Assembly: GCA_034439575.1 (NCBI GenBank)
Contig: JAWXAQ010000022.1
Span: forward strand, 99,684 to 163,683
Length of the DNA: 64,000 nucleotides
Direction: 5' to 3'
From: Leptospira sp.
GTDB taxonomy: Bacteria; Spirochaetota; Leptospiria; Leptospirales; Leptospiraceae
Of the stretch, positions 31,728 to 41,889 are shown one piece after another. Each line of letters starts with the position of its first letter. Within the stretch, counting starts at the first letter, position 1. The notes beneath the pieces are model-generated. The model saw nothing but the letters and a program-made list of their open reading frames with translations. It made no database searches and was not told the DNA's origin. A program made the position numbers and the translations under genes.

Positions 31728-33722
31728 TTGAATACACGGACAATTTTTGAAAAAAATCTTTCAAAACTCTGGGATGATTATGAGCCGAGAAAGGAACAAA
31801 TCGCGATGGGCGAAGCCGTCGAAGATGCGTTTTCGAAAGGAATTCACTTAGCCATTGAAGCTGGAACGGGTGTGGGAAAATCTCTTGCCTATCTGATTCC
31901 GGGTGCCCTCTTCGCCATTGAAAACCAAACGACTGTGGTTATTTCTACTGAAACAAAATCTCTCCAAGATCAAATTTTACAAAAAGATATAGAAATTGTA
32001 AGACAGGTTACAGATAAAAATTTAACCGCTCATGTTGCCTTAGGTGCTAGTAATTACCTTTGCAAACGGAGGTATGGAAAGGTAATGGATCGTGGGGATT
32101 TTGGTCCAGAAATGGAATCCGAAATTCAGTCCTTTGTGGATTGGGAAAAAAAAACAGAATCAGGGATTCGCACTGAATACAATGGCTATGTATCAAATTC
32201 TTTTTGGAGCCAAATTGGTCGTGACGCTGACAATTGTTTGTCGAGAAATTGTCCCAATTTCACTTCGTCATATTATTTTTTAGAAAAAGAAAAATGGAAA
32301 AAAGCAAACTTACTCATCGTAAATCATCATTTACTAGCAAGTCATTTAGCTGGAGATTTTCGTATATTGCCACCTTTTCAACATTTGGTGATTGATGAAG
32401 CACATGCCTTTCCTGAAATTTTAGGGAAAGCCTTTGGTTCAGAAGTCAAATACGAATCTTTATTAAATTTACTTCATTATCTATTTCATCCAGAAAAAAA
32501 ATCTGGAATCGCTTTAAAGTTAGCAGATAATAAGCGAGGGGAACTAATATCCTTAGTTGATAAAGCTTTGATTTATTTAGGAGATTTTTTCCGATTATTA
32601 TTTTCTGAAATCCCTCTTAACTTTCAATTTTCGTTTCGCCATACAACGCGCATTAAAGTTGACGATGGAAATTTGGAAGAATCATTGTATGATTTAAGCG
32701 AAGGCTGTCTCAGTCTTTTAGAAAAATACAAAAAAGATTCTGAAGATTTTGATGAAAAGGAAATGGCGATTGGTTTGGAGATGGTGGGAACGAATGTTAA
32801 GAAGGCTGCAGCATTTTTAGAAGAATTTAGATCCAAAACAAATAAAAATTTAGTTTTTTGGATCGAGGCACCCAATCAAAATTCGAGGGAACGTTATTAT
32901 CATTTATTTTCCCAACCAAAAAATACAGAAGATATACTTTCAAAGACCTTATTTCCGAATATGGAATCTGTAGTTTTAACATCCGCTACACTTTCACCTT
33001 CCCCTGGTAACTTTCAATATTTTTTAAAAGAAATTGGTAATAAAGAAATCAACACAAAGACTTTAAATTCTCCATTTAAGTTTAACACACATTCAATTCT
33101 CTTCGTTCCCAAAGGAATCGCAGATCCAACATCTATGGCGGCCAAAAATAAAATAGATATTTGTTATTGGATAGAAAAATTGATTCGTCTTTCCAATGGA
33201 GATGCATTTGTCCTATTTACTTCTAATAAATTATTGCAAGAAGTTTACGAAGAACTTAGCTCTCGAATTGATTTCCCTATTTTTTCGCAATCACAGTTAG
33301 GTGCAATTCAAGCAAAACGTGAATTTTTAGAGACAGAATCGAGTGTGCTTTTTGGCGTATCTAGTTTTTGGCAGGGTGTTGATATCAAGGGTGACAAACT
33401 TAGAAATGTGATCATTACAAAACTACCTTTTCAAGTTCCCACGGAACCTGTTTTGCAAGCAAAAATGGAAGAGATGGAGAGAGAGGGAAAAAGTCCTTTT
33501 TGGGAAATGCAGGTGCCAAAAACCTGTTTGCAGTTAAGGCAAGGTTTTGGTCGTTTGATTCGATCTGGAACGGATACGGGGATGGTAAGTATTCTGGATC
33601 CCAGGGTTCATACCAAGTCATATGGCAAAAACGTAATTCAAAGTTTACCAAAAGGTGTCCCTATCGTTACTGAATTTGAGGAATTAGAAAGAAAATTCAA
33701 AAATTTGCCGAAAGGTAATTAA
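31728..33722 (+). CDS. dinG: DinG/YoaA family ATP-dependent DNA helicase
   Basis: EAGTGVGKS, Fe-S region Cys residues, VNHHL, DEAH, TSATL, QGFGRLIR. Confidence 0.92.
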   Translation: MNTRTIFEKNLSKLWDDYEPRKEQIAMGEAVEDAFSKGIHLAIEAGTGVGKSLAYLIPGALFAIENQTTVVISTETKSLQDQILQKDIEIVRQVTDKNLTAHVALGASNYLCKRRYGKVMDRGDFGPEMESEIQSFVDWEKKTESGIRTEYNGYVSNSFWSQIGRDADNCLSRNCPNFTSSYYFLEKEKWKKANLLIVNHHLLASHLAGDFRILPPFQHLVIDEAHAFPEILGKAFGSEVKYESLLNLLHYLFHPEKKSGIALKLADNKRGELISLVDKALIYLGDFFRLLFSEIPLNFQFSFRHTTRIKVDDGNLEESLYDLSEGCLSLLEKYKKDSEDFDEKEMAIGLEMVGTNVKKAAAFLEEFRSKTNKNLVFWIEAPNQNSRERYYHLFSQPKNTEDILSKTLFPNMESVVLTSATLSPSPGNFQYFLKEIGNKEINTKTLNSPFKFNTHSILFVPKGIADPTSMAAKNKIDICYWIEKLIRLSNGDAFVLFTSNKLLQEVYEELSSRIDFPIFSQSQLGAIQAKREFLETESSVLFGVSSFWQGVDIKGDKLRNVIITKLPFQVPTEPVLQAKMEEMEREGKSPFWEMQVPKTCLQLRQGFGRLIRSGTDTGMVSILDPRVHTKSYGKNVIQSLPKGVPIVTEFEELERKFKNLPKGN

Positions 33723-33723
33723 G

Positions 33724-34590
33724 ATGAAATTATTTATAAACCTTTCCATCCTGTCGCTGTTTTTTGTTCCAAATTATTTTTTTTCTGAGCCTGCCTTCGA
33801 CCAAGACTTTTACAAAACCACTACGAATTGGTATGATTTGACAATGACAGCTGAGGTAAGTGAGCCATTACCTAAAATCGTTTTTGATGATGAAGATCCA
33901 GATTTTGGAAAACCAAATACAGCAACGAATAAAAGTCGATCAGACCTATTGGCGAGAAAAAAAGCAAAAGAAAAATTACGGATAAGAATTAGCCAAAGAT
34001 TAGAAAGTTTGTTATTCGATTCAAATTATAGTTTATACGAATATTCGAAAATTGCACCAAAGGTGAGAACTAGAATCAATACCTTTATTTCGGAAGAAAA
34101 AGAAACATTCGATTTTCAACCTTTCAAAAACCAACTCATTGCGAAATCTACGATAAAACTCTCTGGCAAACAAGGATTTCTTGCCTATTTACCAATGGAC
34201 TATGGAACAGAGAATGTACCTGTGTTTGCAGAGGAAGTATTGCCTGAACTATATTCTGGACTCGTTGTTGATGCGAGGCATCTTGATTTAAAGAAAGCTT
34301 TGTTTCCAAAAATACAATCCGATCGGGGATTGGATATTTATTCTCCAGTGTATGTTAAAGAAGGTTATGCGATAGAAACTGGATATATTGTTTATAGAAC
34401 TGATGCAACGGAATCAAATTTTGCAAAACGAGTTGGTAAAAATCCATTTTTCATAGTGGGACTTGGAGTAGCAGGAAAGAACCAAACAGACATTATCCTT
34501 CCAACTGATGAAGTGGCTAAATTGCTTAGCCACCCGGAAACTCGAAAAAATCTCACACGGTGCAGAGTGATGATTTTAGTTTCGAAGTAA
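33724..34590 (+). CDS. Exported hypothetical protein
   Basis: Signal peptide; C-terminal YSGLVVDAR...RVGKNP...CRVMILV domain of unknown function. Confidence 0.65.
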   Translation: MKLFINLSILSLFFVPNYFFSEPAFDQDFYKTTTNWYDLTMTAEVSEPLPKIVFDDEDPDFGKPNTATNKSRSDLLARKKAKEKLRIRISQRLESLLFDSNYSLYEYSKIAPKVRTRINTFISEEKETFDFQPFKNQLIAKSTIKLSGKQGFLAYLPMDYGTENVPVFAEEVLPELYSGLVVDARHLDLKKALFPKIQSDRGLDIYSPVYVKEGYAIETGYIVYRTDATESNFAKRVGKNPFFIVGLGVAGKNQTDIILPTDEVAKLLSHPETRKNLTRCRVMILVSK

Positions 34591-35356
34591 TAGAAAGAAA
34601 CGTTTTTTCCGCTTTTTCGTAATCTCCGTGAAAAAGGTATGCGAATCCCATATCTTCCAGTTCCCTCATACTCAAATCGTTTGATTTAGATTCAAGATTC
34701 GAAATATTAGAATAAACTCTTTTATACGATTCTCTTTTTTCTTCAAATGAAGGTAAGGAAATTTTACCAGGAATATTTTCAAAAATAACATTAGCTTCTT
34801 TGTGGCGATCAAGAAATAACAGTGACATGCCTACTATCTTATGAATTTCCATATCATTCAATAATTTAATATTTTCTCTAAATGATTTGATGACTTCTTC
34901 ATATTTTCTCAAATGATAGGTAGCAATAATTTCTTCTTTAATAAATGATAAATCATTAAAACTTTTTTTGTATAATGCGATCACTGATTTTGCGGCCGCA
35001 TAACTTTCTGATCTAAAATATATTTTTAAAGTTAAATTTATGATACTATAACAGATTGTTTGTTGTGATGATTGGTAATAGAGTCCAATTTGATTGGAAG
35101 CATCTGTGTATTTGCCTTGTGAAAAATTTGATAATGCTTCTACAACAGGAGATAATGTCGATATACCTTTTGGACTTACTTTTGATACTTTACCGTGTAA
35201 CTCGTAGTATGCTAAGTAACCTAAATGTTGTATGTATTGATGATTTGGGTGAGAATCAGCCAATAACAAAACTTCTTCGTTGGCTCCCACTTCAAAGAGA
35301 TCCCAAGCTTCTTTCTCCAAAGAAGAAATGATGCCTTTCGTTGCTTGCTGTGCCAT
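34553..35356 (-). CDS. TPR-like hypothetical protein
   Basis: Helical repeats such as MGFAYLFHGDYEKAEKTF. Confidence 0.6.
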   Translation of the reverse strand: MAQQATKGIISSLEKEAWDLFEVGANEEVLLLADSHPNHQYIQHLGYLAYYELHGKVSKVSPKGISTLSPVVEALSNFSQGKYTDASNQIGLYYQSSQQTICYSIINLTLKIYFRSESYAAAKSVIALYKKSFNDLSFIKEEIIATYHLRKYEEVIKSFRENIKLLNDMEIHKIVGMSLLFLDRHKEANVIFENIPGKISLPSFEEKRESYKRVYSNISNLESKSNDLSMRELEDMGFAYLFHGDYEKAEKTFLSITSKLKSSLCTV

Positions 35357-35410
35357 AGATTACCTCTCTTAAAAATGATCGGTAAGTATGGCGAATTCAC
35401 TGTACTATTT

Positions 35411-36703
35411 TTATGGATGAAGACGGTAAATCATCCTCGGATATGGTATGCATTCTCTCACATGACTGAGTCCACAAATCCAAGCCAATACTCTTTCTTG
35501 GCCCATTCCAAACCCAGCATGAGGCACAGAACCATACTTTCGTAAATCTAGATACCAATCATAAGAGGCAACAGGAAGCGATTCTTCATGCAATCTTTCT
35601 ACAATTTTATCATAACTTTCTTCCCGCTCCGATCCACCAATGATTTCACCCACACCATCCGGTGCCAATAAATCGGTACAAAGAACCGTTCTTGGATCTT
35701 CTGGATTTTGTTTCATATAAAATGCTTTGATAGAGCGAGGGTAATTTTTGACAAAAACTGCCGTTTTATATTTTGCCGTGAGGATATTTTCCCTTTCGGC
35801 ATTGATATCTTCGCCCCATTCTATCATTTCTCCCTGTGACTTTAAGTAAATAATAGCTTCGTCATAAGAGATTACAGGGAAAGGATTTTGGATTTGAGAA
35901 AGTAAGGATTCCGTATCTCGTTCTAAATTTTTTAATTCAGGTAAACTTCTTTTGATGACCCGTTCAATTACTGTTCTCACAAAATGGTCTTGTAATTTCA
36001 AATTGTCTTCATTGGAAAAAAAGGCAGTTTCTGCTTCTAACATCCAGAATTCTGTTAGGTGGCGTTTGGTTTTGCTTTTTTCTGCGCGAAATGTTGGCCC
36101 AAAACAATAGACTTTGGAGTGGGAAAAAGCGGCAGTTTCTAGGTACAATTGGCCGGTTTGTGCCAGATAAGCAGAGCCCAAATCGAAGTATTCCGTGGAA
36201 AATAAAGTCCCAGCGGATTCCCCAACGGATCCGGTTAGAATCGGGGTATCAATGAGTGTATAATTATTTTCATGGAAATACTCTCGAATGGCAAATGATA
36301 GTTCGGATCTAACCTTGAGAATGGCTAGCTGGCGTTTGGAACGAAGCCATAGATGTCTGTGGTTATGGAGGAAGTCTGGGCCATGTTCTTTGGGTGTAAT
36401 TGGATAATCTTGTGAGGTACCAACGATTTTGTAAGTTTCAAGGAGCAATTCTTTCCCAGACGGTGCTTTGGGATTTTCAGCAAAAATTCCCGTCACTTCT
36501 AGCGAGGTTTCTTGGGCCAAATTTTTCAGAATTTTGAAAGTTTCCTCGCCCAATTTTTCTCTTTCGATGACGACTTGAAGGATGGCTCCCTCTGTTCTTA
36601 ATTGTAAAAATTGGACATGGTTATTCCCACGTATGGCATGAGCCCAACCTTTTAGGGTTATTTTTGATGGATCAGTTGATTGTGAAAGATTCGATTGAGA
36701 CAT
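35411..36703 (-). CDS. asnS: Asparaginyl-tRNA synthetase
   Basis: OB-fold, RHLWLRS, YLAQTGQLY, FRAEKS..RHLTEFWMLE, YGSVPHAGFGMG.ER. Confidence 0.95.
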   Translation of the reverse strand: MSQSNLSQSTDPSKITLKGWAHAIRGNNHVQFLQLRTEGAILQVVIEREKLGEETFKILKNLAQETSLEVTGIFAENPKAPSGKELLLETYKIVGTSQDYPITPKEHGPDFLHNHRHLWLRSKRQLAILKVRSELSFAIREYFHENNYTLIDTPILTGSVGESAGTLFSTEYFDLGSAYLAQTGQLYLETAAFSHSKVYCFGPTFRAEKSKTKRHLTEFWMLEAETAFFSNEDNLKLQDHFVRTVIERVIKRSLPELKNLERDTESLLSQIQNPFPVISYDEAIIYLKSQGEMIEWGEDINAERENILTAKYKTAVFVKNYPRSIKAFYMKQNPEDPRTVLCTDLLAPDGVGEIIGGSEREESYDKIVERLHEESLPVASYDWYLDLRKYGSVPHAGFGMGQERVLAWICGLSHVRECIPYPRMIYRLHP

Positions 36704-36757
36704 AGAGGGTTTTTCTGTTTGCCAGTTCGATTTTCTTTGAAATTTTGAACTTACTAG

Positions 36758-37621
36758 ATGAAATCTCCCATCCTACTGAACGGTAAAGCCATTTCTGAGA
36801 AGATTCGAAATTCAATTTCAGAAGAATTAAAAAAAATAGATCCAAATGGATCTTCGCCCCCGACCCTTGCGACGATTCTCGTGGGTGATGATCCAGCTTC
36901 GGCAACATACGTAAATATGAAAAGAAAAGCCTGTGCCAGTGTAGGTATGCTGTCTCGGTTTATTTCACTTCCGAAATCTACAACCACCGAACAATTGTTA
37001 GCGGAAATAGAAAAATTAAATTTAGATCCGGCTGTCAATGGTATCCTCTTACAACATCCAGTTCCTCACCAAATTGATGAAAGGAAATGTTTTGATTTTA
37101 TCTTACCTGAAAAAGATGTAGATGGTGTTACGACCTCCTCCTTTGGAAAACTTTCGATGAATAAAGAAACTTATTTTCCATGTACTCCTTATGGAATGAT
37201 ACTCTTACTCACAGAATACGGAATTGATGTGAGTGGAAAACATGCGGTCGTGGTAGGAAGATCTCCTATTTTGGGTAAGCCAATGGCAATTATGCTGACC
37301 AATCTTGATGCAACAGTAACACTCTGTCACAGCAAAACAAAAAATATTGAAACTTTGATTCGTCAAGCCGATGTGATCGTTGGAGCTGTTGGTAAACCAG
37401 AATTTATAAAAGCTGAATGGATTAAAGATGGGGCAGTACTTTTGGATGCAGGATATAACGAAGGCAATGTGGGAGATATTGAGATATCAGTGGCAAAAGA
37501 TAAATCGTCTTTTTATACACCGGTTCCAGGTGGTGTGGGTCCCATGACGATTGCAGTTTTACTTCTCCAAACTCTTTATTCATATCAATCAAAGTTTTCT
37601 CCTACTCTGAAGGAAAATTAA
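36758..37621 (+). CDS. folD: Methylenetetrahydrofolate dehydrogenase/cyclohydrolase
   Basis: YVNMK, KDVDG, PCTP, GRSPILGKP, TPVPGGVGPMT. Confidence 0.97.
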   Translation: MKSPILLNGKAISEKIRNSISEELKKIDPNGSSPPTLATILVGDDPASATYVNMKRKACASVGMLSRFISLPKSTTTEQLLAEIEKLNLDPAVNGILLQHPVPHQIDERKCFDFILPEKDVDGVTTSSFGKLSMNKETYFPCTPYGMILLLTEYGIDVSGKHAVVVGRSPILGKPMAIMLTNLDATVTLCHSKTKNIETLIRQADVIVGAVGKPEFIKAEWIKDGAVLLDAGYNEGNVGDIEISVAKDKSSFYTPVPGGVGPMTIAVLLLQTLYSYQSKFSPTLKEN

Positions 37622-37622
37622 A

Positions 37623-38591
37623 ATGGCGGAAGCAGTAAGTTTTGACGAATGTTTTCAGACATTTCCCAAATTAGATTCACCCGCAGATTTGGATGCATTT
37701 TGGAAAGAAGGATTCCAACAATTAAAAAAAATCCCCTTAAGAGAAACTTATAAAACTGTTTTAAAGGGATCCTTTATATGGGAATCATTGAATGAAGTAA
37801 CATATGATAGCATTGGCAATTATACAATTCATGGTAAACTTTCTATTCCTAGAAAACGCGGAGATCGACCTGTTGTAGTTTTTTTTCATGATTATCTTGG
37901 CGGACTTGAAGAAATTCAAAAAGGTTATTCGGATTTAGGTGTAGCGCAATTACATATCACCTTACGAGGTCATGGTGCTGAGATGATACAAGCTCCCATT
38001 GATCCGAATACAGGGAGAACTCTAGCCAATTGGTCGCCGAATTATTTTGCCATGGGTCTTGAGAGTAAAGAAAATTTCTATATGAGAAAACTTTATTTGG
38101 ATGTTATGCGAACGATTGAATTTCTCAGATTAAGTGATGGCATTGATGGCGATAAAATCATTTTGCATGGGAAATCTTTAGGATCAGCCTTGGCAGTGTT
38201 TGGTGCCGCATATTCGGATCGTATCAAAGGTCTCATACTTGAAACCCCTTCTTTTTGTTTTATAGACAAAGATCAAATGTCATTAAAACAAAACCCTTGG
38301 GTTCGTGAATTGTCGCCTAGCCTTGAAAAACGAGCTACGAAAAAGATAGATTATAAAAAAGAATTAGCATATTTTGATACTGTACATCTGGCAAATAAGA
38401 TAAAAATTCCAGCTTTATTTACTTGCGGCATGGAAGATCAAATATCACATCCAAAATCTATCTTTGCACTTTTTAACCATATGAATTGTGACAAACGAAT
38501 GCAGATATATCCAAATGAAGGGAATGAAGCTGGAAAAGAAAAACAAGCAAATGTAAATTTAGAATTTGTGAAAGAAATTTTCCAAATCTAA
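37623..38591 (+). CDS. Acetyl xylan esterase (AXE1/CE7)-like alpha/beta hydrolase
   Basis: PADLDAFW, LRGHG, GKSLG nucleophile elbow, YFD, D.ISHP. Confidence 0.8.
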   Translation: MAEAVSFDECFQTFPKLDSPADLDAFWKEGFQQLKKIPLRETYKTVLKGSFIWESLNEVTYDSIGNYTIHGKLSIPRKRGDRPVVVFFHDYLGGLEEIQKGYSDLGVAQLHITLRGHGAEMIQAPIDPNTGRTLANWSPNYFAMGLESKENFYMRKLYLDVMRTIEFLRLSDGIDGDKIILHGKSLGSALAVFGAAYSDRIKGLILETPSFCFIDKDQMSLKQNPWVRELSPSLEKRATKKIDYKKELAYFDTVHLANKIKIPALFTCGMEDQISHPKSIFALFNHMNCDKRMQIYPNEGNEAGKEKQANVNLEFVKEIFQI

Positions 38592-38600
38592 GGAAACTCG

Positions 38601-40055
38601 ATGAATTTCTATTTTTATAATACAAAGACTAGTAAAAAAGAATTATTTCAGCCACAAGACTCAAATCAAGTCAAAATATATTCTTGTGGTCCGACTGTTT
38701 ACAATTTTGCTCATATAGGTAACATAAGATCTTTTTTATTTGTAGATGTTTTGCGAAGAAGTTTGAAACTTGCGGGCTATAAGTTAAATCAGACGATGAA
38801 TATCACTGATATTGATGATAAAATCATTCGCGAGTCTGTAGCCAAGGGTATCTCTGTAGAAGAATTTACAAAACCTTGGACAGAGGCTTTTTTTACGGAT
38901 TTAGCATCGCTTAACATTGAACCCGTGGAACATTATCCAAAAGCTACGGAATCCATACCAGATATGATCTCCATTGTTCATAAATTGAATGAGAATGGAA
39001 TGGCATATGAAAAAGATGGCAGTATATATTATTCCATACAAAAATTTAAAAATTACGGAAAGTTATCTAAAATTGATGTTAGTGGGATGAAATCTGGTGT
39101 TCGTTACGATGCGGATGAATATGAAAAAGAAGACGTTCGTGATTTTGTATTATGGAAAAATCGAAAAACGGAAGATGAAAAATCTTGGGTATCTGATTTA
39201 GGAATTGGTAGACCTGGCTGGCACTTAGAATGTTCGGCAATGATTAGAAAAATTTATGATTCAGGAATTGACATTCATACTGGTGGTATTGACTTACTTT
39301 TTCCGCATCATGAAAATGAGGTGGCATTATCGGAAGGTGCATTCCCTTCTGAAAATTTTGTCGGTACATGGTTACATTGTGAACATTTGTTAGTTGATTC
39401 CGAAAAAATGTCAAAAAGTAAGGGAAATTTTTATACTCTTAGGGATATTTTAGAAAAAGGGTATAATGTTAAACAAATTCGATATCATTTGATATCTGCT
39501 CATTACAGATCAAAATTAAATTTTTCTTTCAAACAACTTGAAGAATCAAAACTCGCTTTGGATCGAATCCAAGGTACACTTAATAGAGTCATGGAATCTT
39601 GTGAATTTGATTGGCCTAAGATTGATGAAAAAAATAGCAAAGTGTTAAAGGATTCTTTACAATCTGAATTTTCTAAAAAGTATTTTAGTGAATTTCAAGA
39701 AGGAATCGTTGATGATTTAAATCTTCCCAAAGCACTTGCTACGATTTTTGATTTTACACGTGAAATAAATATTGGCTTGGATCAAAATAAATTTGTAAAA
39801 TCAGATTTAATTGAAATCATTTATACTTTTCAGCTATTTAATGTTATATTGGGATTACTAGAATTTGATAATCCTGCAAATCAATTGGATCAAACTTTAA
39901 TATTGGAAGTGAATCAATTGATTGAAGAGCGAATCCTCGCTAAAAAAAATAAAAATTTTGAATTAGCTGATCGTATCCGAAAAGATTTGATGGAACGTGG
40001 GATTCAACTCCTCGATAATAAGGATGGAAGCACTTCGTGGAAAAAAAACCAGTAG
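38601..40055 (+). CDS. cysS: Cysteinyl-tRNA synthetase
   Basis: CGPTVY, HIGN, GRPGWHLECS, FPHHENE, KMSKS. Confidence 0.97.
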   Translation: MNFYFYNTKTSKKELFQPQDSNQVKIYSCGPTVYNFAHIGNIRSFLFVDVLRRSLKLAGYKLNQTMNITDIDDKIIRESVAKGISVEEFTKPWTEAFFTDLASLNIEPVEHYPKATESIPDMISIVHKLNENGMAYEKDGSIYYSIQKFKNYGKLSKIDVSGMKSGVRYDADEYEKEDVRDFVLWKNRKTEDEKSWVSDLGIGRPGWHLECSAMIRKIYDSGIDIHTGGIDLLFPHHENEVALSEGAFPSENFVGTWLHCEHLLVDSEKMSKSKGNFYTLRDILEKGYNVKQIRYHLISAHYRSKLNFSFKQLEESKLALDRIQGTLNRVMESCEFDWPKIDEKNSKVLKDSLQSEFSKKYFSEFQEGIVDDLNLPKALATIFDFTREINIGLDQNKFVKSDLIEIIYTFQLFNVILGLLEFDNPANQLDQTLILEVNQLIEERILAKKNKNFELADRIRKDLMERGIQLLDNKDGSTSWKKNQ

Positions 40056-40807
40056 ATATACTTTTCGGAAAACGGAATTTTTATGAATTTTTAGAATCAC
40101 TTGAGACAATGATTCCTGAAAAAGGCGTCAAGTCTATTCGGGAAGTATTATTAAAGGATTCAATTACCAGCGAAGAGAAAAAAAGAATTATTTCCTATTT
40201 GCCACCAAACATAAAATGTACGCTCGTCACAAATAGAGAGCTTGATCGCATCGCCATGGACAAAAATCATCAAGGTTATGTGATCATTCGGACAAAACAA
40301 AAATCATTCCAGGCTTTGAATTGGGATCAATTCAAAGCAAATGTAGAAGCTGGTGATGGTCCTATTTTAATTTTAGATCGGATTCAAGATCCTGGTAATT
40401 TAGGGAATATTTTAAGAACGGCAGAATGTATGGGTGTAAATCACGTTATTTTATCTGATCGTGATACAGCTCCTATTTCACCTGTCGTAGAAAAAACTTC
40501 CGCTGGTGCAGTACATCATTTAAATATTTATAGAATCTCTAATTTAAGTCATGCGATGGAAAAGTTAAAGGAATTAGAATATTGGATACTTGCTACTGAC
40601 GAAAAAGGATCTGAAGAAATTTGGGATGACCTTCCAGGTCCAGAAAACATGGCAATCATCATGGGAAATGAAGGTGAAGGTGTAAAAAGAATTTTACTCG
40701 AACATGCAGACTATACAGGAAGAATCGCACTGCAAGGATCAGTCACATCTTTAAATGTAGTCGTTGCCTGTGGAATCACTTTGGATAGGATAGTGAATAG
40801 AAATTGA
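40037..40807 (+). CDS. rlmB: 23S rRNA 2'-O-methyltransferase RlmB (TrmH/SPOUT family)
   Basis: NHQG, LDRIQDPGNLG.ILRTA, GNEGEG, SLNV. Confidence 0.88.
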   Translation: MEKKPVDILFGKRNFYEFLESLETMIPEKGVKSIREVLLKDSITSEEKKRIISYLPPNIKCTLVTNRELDRIAMDKNHQGYVIIRTKQKSFQALNWDQFKANVEAGDGPILILDRIQDPGNLGNILRTAECMGVNHVILSDRDTAPISPVVEKTSAGAVHHLNIYRISNLSHAMEKLKELEYWILATDEKGSEEIWDDLPGPENMAIIMGNEGEGVKRILLEHADYTGRIALQGSVTSLNVVVACGITLDRIVNRN

Positions 40808-41889
40808 ATTCAAAGAATTTAATTTTATTCATATTATCAAATCTATTTTTATTTGAAAGTTGTGTTTATTATGTTTGGAAAAAAGAATTTGAAAAAGATG
40901 ATCGAAATCAAAATGCACTGATTCTTTCCTTGTTGGATGTAATTCAAAATCCGAACCAAGAACTATTTGCTTTTATTCCAGGACCGAGCAGAAATTTTTC
41001 GGACACACAATTTGTTGAGTCTAGTCTTCATACTCCGACAGACAAACCTAAGTTAATATTCATTCATGGATGGAATCCCATAGAAAGAGATACTGATCCT
41101 TTTACATCTAGAATTCGCAAAATTCAGAACATAGAAGGAACTTTTTCGAATGCGATCATTCATTTCCAAGAAAATCAAAACAATGTTAATTCAACTTTTG
41201 ATTTATATGCTTTTACCTATAGAACATCAAATGGAGTGGTTTTTAATGGAGAAGGATTCTTAAAGTTTTTAACATTAAAATTTAAAATATCAGATAAAAT
41301 AATTGTAGTTGCGCATTCTATGGGTGGTCTTGTTACACGGGCGGCGATGAAATCAAACAATTATTCTGCGGGACTCATTGATGGTGTTATCACACTCGCC
41401 TCTCCCGTTTTCGGATCGCCGTTCGCTTCTAAAAAATATTTAGCGAATCAAACCTTTGCCAGTGAATTATCTTCATTTTTAATTGAAACGCAAGGGGGCA
41501 CAGATTTAGGTTATACGAACAATGGAAATGGTCAAATCGAAATATTAGAAGAATCAAATGTAGTTTTGGATTATATTAATAATGGATTTATCTATAATTC
41601 TATTTTTGTAAATTTTTCTGGTGTTTTAAGTCCATGCTCCGGTGCCGAAACTTTTTATTATACAACTGGTTGTCAAATATTGTCAAATTCAAGTCCCAGT
41701 TTTCCTTTGAATGATGGCATTGTATCAGAAAATAGTGCAATGATGGGAAACACGGGTATCAGGTCTTTTAGAAAAACAGGATTCGATCACTCTATGATGT
41801 CATTCCAAACCAAAAACATCGATGATAGTTCAAATATTTTGTATTTTAATGAAATGGTAACCCAAGCAAAAGCATTGTTAGGGAACTAA
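40804..41889 (+). CDS. Putative lipoprotein alpha/beta hydrolase (lipase/PGAP1-like)
   Basis: Lipobox-like FESC, IHGW, AHSMGG, SPVFGS, NDGIV, DH. Confidence 0.8.
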   Translation: MNSKNLILFILSNLFLFESCVYYVWKKEFEKDDRNQNALILSLLDVIQNPNQELFAFIPGPSRNFSDTQFVESSLHTPTDKPKLIFIHGWNPIERDTDPFTSRIRKIQNIEGTFSNAIIHFQENQNNVNSTFDLYAFTYRTSNGVVFNGEGFLKFLTLKFKISDKIIVVAHSMGGLVTRAAMKSNNYSAGLIDGVITLASPVFGSPFASKKYLANQTFASELSSFLIETQGGTDLGYTNNGNGQIEILEESNVVLDYINNGFIYNSIFVNFSGVLSPCSGAETFYYTTGCQILSNSSPSFPLNDGIVSENSAMMGNTGIRSFRKTGFDHSMMSFQTKNIDDSSNILYFNEMVTQAKALLGN